Under the pieces are notes generated by a model that was not told the origin of the DNA, did no database searches, and saw only the letters and a program-made list of their open reading frames with translations. A stretch of DNA of 64,000 bases, taken from Eledone cirrhosa (taxonomy: Eukaryota). This document shows positions 57,981 to 64,000 of the stretch, in pieces; the first letter of the stretch is position 1; each line of letters begins with the position of its first letter. Position numbers and translations under genes: made by a program. The stretch is from contig OZ024743.1 in NCBI GenBank assembly GCA_964016885.1, positions 41,602,001 through 41,666,000 on the forward strand. The letters are read 5' to 3'.

Positions 57981-60900
57981 CTAGCAGCTGAATCCGGTTG
58001 CATTCAGGGCTACTCGGGGCCACTTTTTATTAAGTTAATAAGTTGAGGGGCGACGTCAAGAGAGTGGTTTGACAGAGAGACGTTAGGTGTAGTAGGGTTC
58101 AAAGATGTTATTGCAGGGCTTCTTTGTAGACAACGTTCCTGGTGTTGCCCAGGTTACCACAAATGAAGAGATCGCGTGGACTGCCGACGCGGGACCATCC
58201 GCGTATAGTTGATCATGGATAAATACCTGCTCTGTTAGATTTAGGACAACCACTTGCAGCGATTGTCCTTGGGCTTTGTTAATGCTCATTGCAAAGCAGA
58301 GTTTTATGGGAAACTGCCATCGCGTAAATTCAAGGCCTGGTCAGAGGGAACTAAGACTCACAGGGGTAATTAACCTGGTCACGCCAGCAGCGGGTCCGCT
58401 CAAAATGGTTGTCTCCAGAATTTGAGTCCTTATATTTTAATGATAAACGCGTTCGGTTGCATAGTTCTGGTGCATCCAGGTTTCTCAGCAGCATAACTGG
58501 CACACCGACTTTCAGTTTCAGATCATGAGGAGGAAGTCCTGGGTGGAGTCGACTGTTGAGGAATTCAATTGGGTAGATGAAGGCGTCGTCCGCGTATTTA
58601 TTGGTGTCAATCGACTTGAAGGAAACTTCATTTCCGGGAATCTGATCGAGTAGTTTTTGGTTCATCACGTCAACAGTGGCATTGAGTGTGCCAAAATAGC
58701 TCTCCTTTCAGCCAGGTGTAATCATGGAATCTTGATTCGAGGTCTGGAAATACAGATGACATTAATTCGTCAATGTTTGACACAAAGTTCCCATAAGGCA
58801 AAAGGATATGCTCTTTATCCACTCCAAGTGTAGTTCCATTACCAACTTCCAGTAGATGTTTTGAGAAATCGATGGAGTCTGCGTCACCATGCACATGCAC
58901 TCTCATGTTGGTAGTCATATGTAGTTTGTGGACATACTGCCATACGTAGGACGACTTGATGCATGCGTTCACTTCCTCAGCTCTAGTGCCTCTAGTGATA
59001 ACAGGAACAGTCTGTCGGAAATCGCCAGCCAGCAGTATGGTCGCTCCACCCATGACGCGTGAATTCCGACGCAAGTCCTTGAGAGTTCGATCCAGAGCGT
59101 CAAAGGCCGCCTTGTGACTCATGATAGCCTCGTCTCATATGATCAGGCAGCACTCATAAAGAAGATGTGCTTTAGGGTCGCCACGATCTATTCTACATGT
59201 AGGATTCTCCTTCTTTGCAATGTCCAAAGCAATTTGAATGCGGAGTGTGCAGTACGACCGTCATGTAACAGTGTCGCCGCAATACCACTGGAGGCGACCG
59301 CTAAAGCAACCCGCTTGTCTTTTCGTAGCTTCGCAACCAAAAGGTTGATGACAAAAGTTTTTCCTGTTCCGCCAGGAGCATCCAGGAAAAACAGCCGTCC
59401 CTCATTTGATTTGACACTGGAGAGAATTCTGTCATATGCCCGTCTCTGGTCATGCAAAAGTCCGGGTTACTGATGTGTCATATCGCTGAGCTACCTGATG
59501 TGTCATATCGTCGATGTTGTAATATAACTCACGCATGAACTCTACATCTAAAGCACTGTGAGTGTTTCGAGGTTGTGGCAAACCGAAATCAGATACACCG
59601 CCAACTCAAAGAGCTTTAAGATGGTTGTCCATGTCGATGAGGGCCTCATTGTACACCGCATCGGTGAAAGCAAAGCCAGCCGCTGGATCTTCTGCTCGTA
59701 GTCTACGGAGGATGTCCTCTGAAATGTTGTCCTTATGCGTTTAACAAAGCTTAAGGGGATCACTTATGCCGCAGAACATTAGCATTATGCAAAACAGAAG
59801 TCTCATTTCTCGAGGCATCTTACATTCAGCAACCTCAGGTTGGGTTCATCCTCGAGTAGCCGGCGCTTCACTCACGCGTCCCTGTAACTGGAACAAATGT
59901 GGCCATCGTAAAGTCTTAGGTCGGCGAATGACTTCGGCCCTTTGATTTGATGCAGCAACATTCGCAGGAAAAAGCATTCTTTTTGCTTCGGATGAACATT
60001 GTACACGCGTCCGATGGCATTACTTCTGAAGACACCTACCCGATCTTCAACTTTTTGCCCTTGTCGCCGCCGATGCCATTTTTTGTTCGACCAAGTGAAG
60101 TAGGTAGGTACATCGACGTAAACAAGGGTAACTGCAAACGTATCGACAGAACATAGCTTTAAAAATGCTGTAAGCGTCGTCTCAGGTGGCTGTTCGGCAG
60201 GAGCCGATTAGGTTTCCTCAGTTAAATGAACGCGTTGACCATTCTCTAAGTGAACATCCAAGTTAACAACTGTTGGAGAGCACCGGTGAATTTCAAACCC
60301 TAAAATAGGCCAAGCCGCCATATATGAGGAAATGTATCTTCCCATGATGAATTGAGTAATTTTGTCTTTTGATTCTTCGCCATCACTGAGGCCAACCACT
60401 GCAATGTCGCCGTCATTGTTGATGTATTTTCAGATGTATTTAATGATTTTAACAGATGTGCAGGACTCCACATTGATGTGAGCATTACAAATGTTAGCAA
60501 GCAAAGGGCTGTAAGGCACCACCCAGCTGTTGTCAATGTCGTATTCTCTCCCTTTCTTCTTAATCCTAGCCGAAAGGACGCCAAAATCAGGAGCTCGCCG
60601 CTGATAGATGGGGTAGCCGTCAACCCCAGTGCAAGGTTCCCTGGTGAAGGCTCTGGGGTAATGTTTGGTGCACTTGTTCCCCTCCATGCATGAATTTTGG
60701 CTGTTAAGGGCACCACATGATTCATGTATCATATTAGCCAGCGCAATGTTGTAAAGCTGCAAATCAATGTGGGGATCGGGCAACTCTGCACATATATCGC
60801 GATCAATGTCCGTAGGTCTATTCGTTCTTTGCACCAAATAAGAATATGTCCGTGTGGAAGACCCCGCTTCTGCCATTCCACAGTATACATCCAAGCATTG

Positions 60901-63177
60901 AGTTGTCCGTAGATGACCTTATATTTCAGCAAGCACTTTAGTTTCTTCAACTTTCCGTGGAAGACTCTGGCTGTAATATCATGCCTATCACTCGTCACCT
61001 GGCCCGCGAATAAATTCTCCTTAATCTCCACCCAATTAGGATTACATGAGAAGGTAATAAAAAGATCCGGCCGCCTAAAGTTACGGACATACGCCATGTC
61101 ATTTCTGTGGCCGTTTATGCATGTACTGGGGTGAGCCACTAAAGCTTGATGGAACGATCGCCTGATGCCCAACATTGGTTGCGTCACCGTTACGCTGCAA
61201 AGCATCCTTAAGATGAGCGTATTGAACCCCTATTAGTTCTTTTTGATGGGTACGTATGTCCAGAAGACGTTCCGCTTCAATCTTTGCGTACATATCAACC
61301 AAGAACAGGTTTGTCACCTCTTTGAACCTAAGTAGTTGGTTGAATTGACCGTATCTGATCATGAGTAGGTGTGCATAAAAATCCATGCTGGAAACTTTCT
61401 TTGGTAAAGCAGCAAGACTTTTCTGATCAATTGTGGGAATTCCGAAGTTGTATCCGTCCTCGCCGTAAGGAAAAAGAAGAGGGTACTGCAAGCAATCGTA
61501 CGACCGATGGGTTTCTGCAACGAACGTCAGTCTGTTATTGCGATGCACCATGATTTTCGTCAATCATGATTGCTGCTACCTCGTTGGTAGTTGGAGCGTT
61601 GAAACATCCAGGATGCCCACCCGCAGGTCGCCTGTCAGCTCTGATGACCAATTTCATCTCATGTCTAGAGTCCAAAAGCTCCGAAGCACTCTTCAAGTCA
61701 CGGACGTACGGATGGGTTGCATGGAGCATAGTTTGAAGTTCCGCAACAATGATCCAGGCAACAGATGAATTGATCTTGCATCTGTGGGAAACTTCCTCAT
61801 CATTCCCGCCCATGAAGAATACCTGGGAGGGATGTAGGCCCCTCGCCTAGCTGTGGGTGAAGGCTTCCCATTAGGTGGTAACACTGACCTTGAATTTTGT
61901 AGGTGTAAAGTTTTTCTTTCTTTCTTTCTTCGTTGTTGTCACAATTGCTGGTGACACCGGTGTTGTTGCTGTTGTTGTTGTTCTTTTTGTTGTTTATGCC
62001 ATCCCTTACACCAAATGATGCCATAGCGAAACATGAATTGTATCTCCAAATGCTTTTGCGAAACTTCACTCCGTGGTCAGAGTTACAAGTGAGAAGATTT
62101 TACAGAAAATCAGGAGGATCAGCCAGCGCCTGAAGTTGAACTTTCCCCCGGAACAGCAAAGAACTGGATCCTCACCGACCCACTTCTTAGCCCCACAGGA
62201 CTGACATACCTTATCCGTTTTTCCAAGAGCCAAATCCAGGTGATTGATGTAATCATCAGAAGGATTGTAGTTAAAGCCAACATTTAAGCTAAAAGTGTCC
62301 CTTGTAGTTGCAGCATTTTCTTGACGTTTACACCGTACCTGCCAGCCTTTCTTCCCTCCGGAGTCTCGTTGAGACGTGAGCGTTGACGCCGAGTGCGCTG
62401 GTTAGAAAGACAGTCCTTCCTTGGCTCCGGAGTCTCGTTGAGAAGTGAGGTTTGGTTTCGAGTGCGCTGCTCAGAAAGACGGCCCTCCCCTCCCTCCGGA
62501 GTCTCGTCGAGACATGAGCGTTGGCGCTGATCGCGCTGGGCAGAAAGACGGGCCTCTCTGGCCCCCAGATTCTCCACACAGAATTACAGTTGGCGCTGAT
62601 TGCGTGCGCTGGGCAGTAAGACGAGCCTCCCTTGACTCCGGAGTCTCACCGAGACGTGAGCGTTAGCGCCGAATGCGCTGGGCAGTAAGACGGGCCTCCC
62701 TTGCATCTGATGACTCCTGGGGTTAAAAGAAAACTGAATGCTTTAACTCGGCCACTACTGTTTTACAACTTTTCAAAACAGAAATAATATTTTTATGGAC
62801 ATAAAAGAAGCAAAATAACAAAGGATATCGATAAAAAACGTACCTGCGCACGCACCTCCATTCTTCGCAATTTAAGAGCTTTATTTCGTTTAGAAGAAAA
62901 TACTGGTCGTTTTCGGTTAGGCATATCGTATAACGATACTATAGAAGCAATGTAACCACTGAGAGCACGTAGTCGTTTCAATACAAAGTTCCATTAAAAA
63001 AGGGAGGCATGAATGTAAAATGCTAAGCTAAAAGCGAAAAATTAATGTCATTGTTTACGTATAATGAATTGGAAATGCTTCACTAAGAGATGGATATGAA
63101 AGTATTTTAGGTTGAATAGTATAGGGAGGTGTGTAGGTTATATACATACATACACACGACGCTCAGCTTTATATAGG
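57981..63177 (-). mobile_element. Autonomous-type Helitron, decayed
   Basis: 3' hairpin followed by CTAG at 57981-57984 in (TA)n; probable 5' end reading CTATATAAAGCTGAG on the minus strand near 63177; Rep-helicase remnants. Confidence 0.92.
58108..62924 (-). pseudogene. Helitron Rep/PIF1 helicase (RepHel), many frameshifts
   Basis: Rep motifs PDLFITFSCNPNW, VEWQKRGLPHGHIL and IIKYI.KYI; helicase motifs FFLDAPGGTGKTF, LLAGDFRQ, VMLLRNL, INKAQGQSL; ends TRNVVYKEALQ*. Confidence 0.95.
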
Positions 63178-63695
63178 TATCGTGTGTATGTCAGTGTGTG
63201 TGTGTGCTATGCGAGCGACGAGAGATCAAAGATATATAACACGTTACTGAAAGTTAACTAAAGTTTGCTGGTCCCCCCCTCTCTCTCTCTCTGACTATCT
63301 AACATTTTAATTGTATCTCTCTCTGTCTAACCACCGGTCTCTGTCTGCTATTCTAACGGCCTATATCTCTCTGAAATGTTGTCATATAGGGAGTGAAGAG
63401 CGACATAGAGAGTAAAGAAGTTAAATTATAGAGAGGGAAAATGATCTATTATAGAGAGAGGGAAGAGCGAAGGAGAGAGTAAAGCTAAGAAACAATAGGG
63501 AGGTAAAATCGATAGAGAAAGACCGTTGTGGGGCCCTAGAGACAACATTCTTCAATTTAGAGAACACCAAGTAGACCTTCCGCTTCCTCGGCACCATTTA
63601 CATCAATGTGTAAATTTTCATGACAATTAAAGCATTGGTACTACCCTTTTGCCTGTATCCAGACATGACTCAGAAAATGTTCCCCCATTTTACAT

Positions 63696-63805
<110 letters not shown>

Positions 63806-63831
63806 ACACATATATATATATATATATATGC

Positions 63832-63949
63832 TTTAATATAGAAAAGCTTCTACAGGACTAGAACTGTTTCATTCGTGAGAAATCATAAGGAATGATGATT
63901 TCTCACAAATAAAACAGTTCTAGACCTGGAGAAGCTTTTCTATATTAAA
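63832..63949. ncRNA. Palindromic double-hammerhead mini-element, copy C
   Basis: Minus arm ttc CTTATGA tttc-tcac-gaat GAAAC AG-ttctagtc-CT GTA gaagc; mirrored, more decayed plus arm; next to (TA)n. Confidence 0.7.
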
Positions 63950-64000
63950 ACATTTATACTCTGCTATGTATTGAATATGTTACTGTGGTTACCCCCGATG

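Noticed and set aside
62340-62710. Regularly spaced repeats resembling a CRISPR array
   Set aside because: They are coding 69 bp repeats of the Helitron ORF, with no unique spacers and no cas genes.

Overview
AT-rich, microsatellite-laden eukaryotic DNA. The (TA)n/(CA)n load and the SINE families suggest a coleoid cephalopod (Octopus-like); this is inferred, not proven. No intact host protein-coding gene is evident, and most ORF-track entries are translations of (TA)n, (CA)n or trinucleotide repeats. The window contains five decayed Penelope-like retroelements (PLEs) with RT motifs DITMGS and YRDD and a CxCx5Cx5C linker before a C-terminal GIY-YIG domain, consistent with the Hydra clade, all embedded in (TA)n. 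It also contains one decayed autonomous Helitron, several non-autonomous Helitrons, SINEs and two LINE 3' fragments. The most striking signal is a dense population of type I hammerhead ribozyme (HHR) motifs, about 20 copies from at least 8 sequence families. These include HHRs with very long (85-105 nt) stem II hairpins in PLE pseudo-LTRs, a retrozyme-like tandem with two HHRs 528 nt apart (48.0-48.8 kb), a four-copy CAGAAGA-core variant, and three ~100-120 bp palindromes built from two back-to-back opposite-strand hammerheads. Long inverted repeats are also abundant. All RNA structures were folded by eye and none has been tested.
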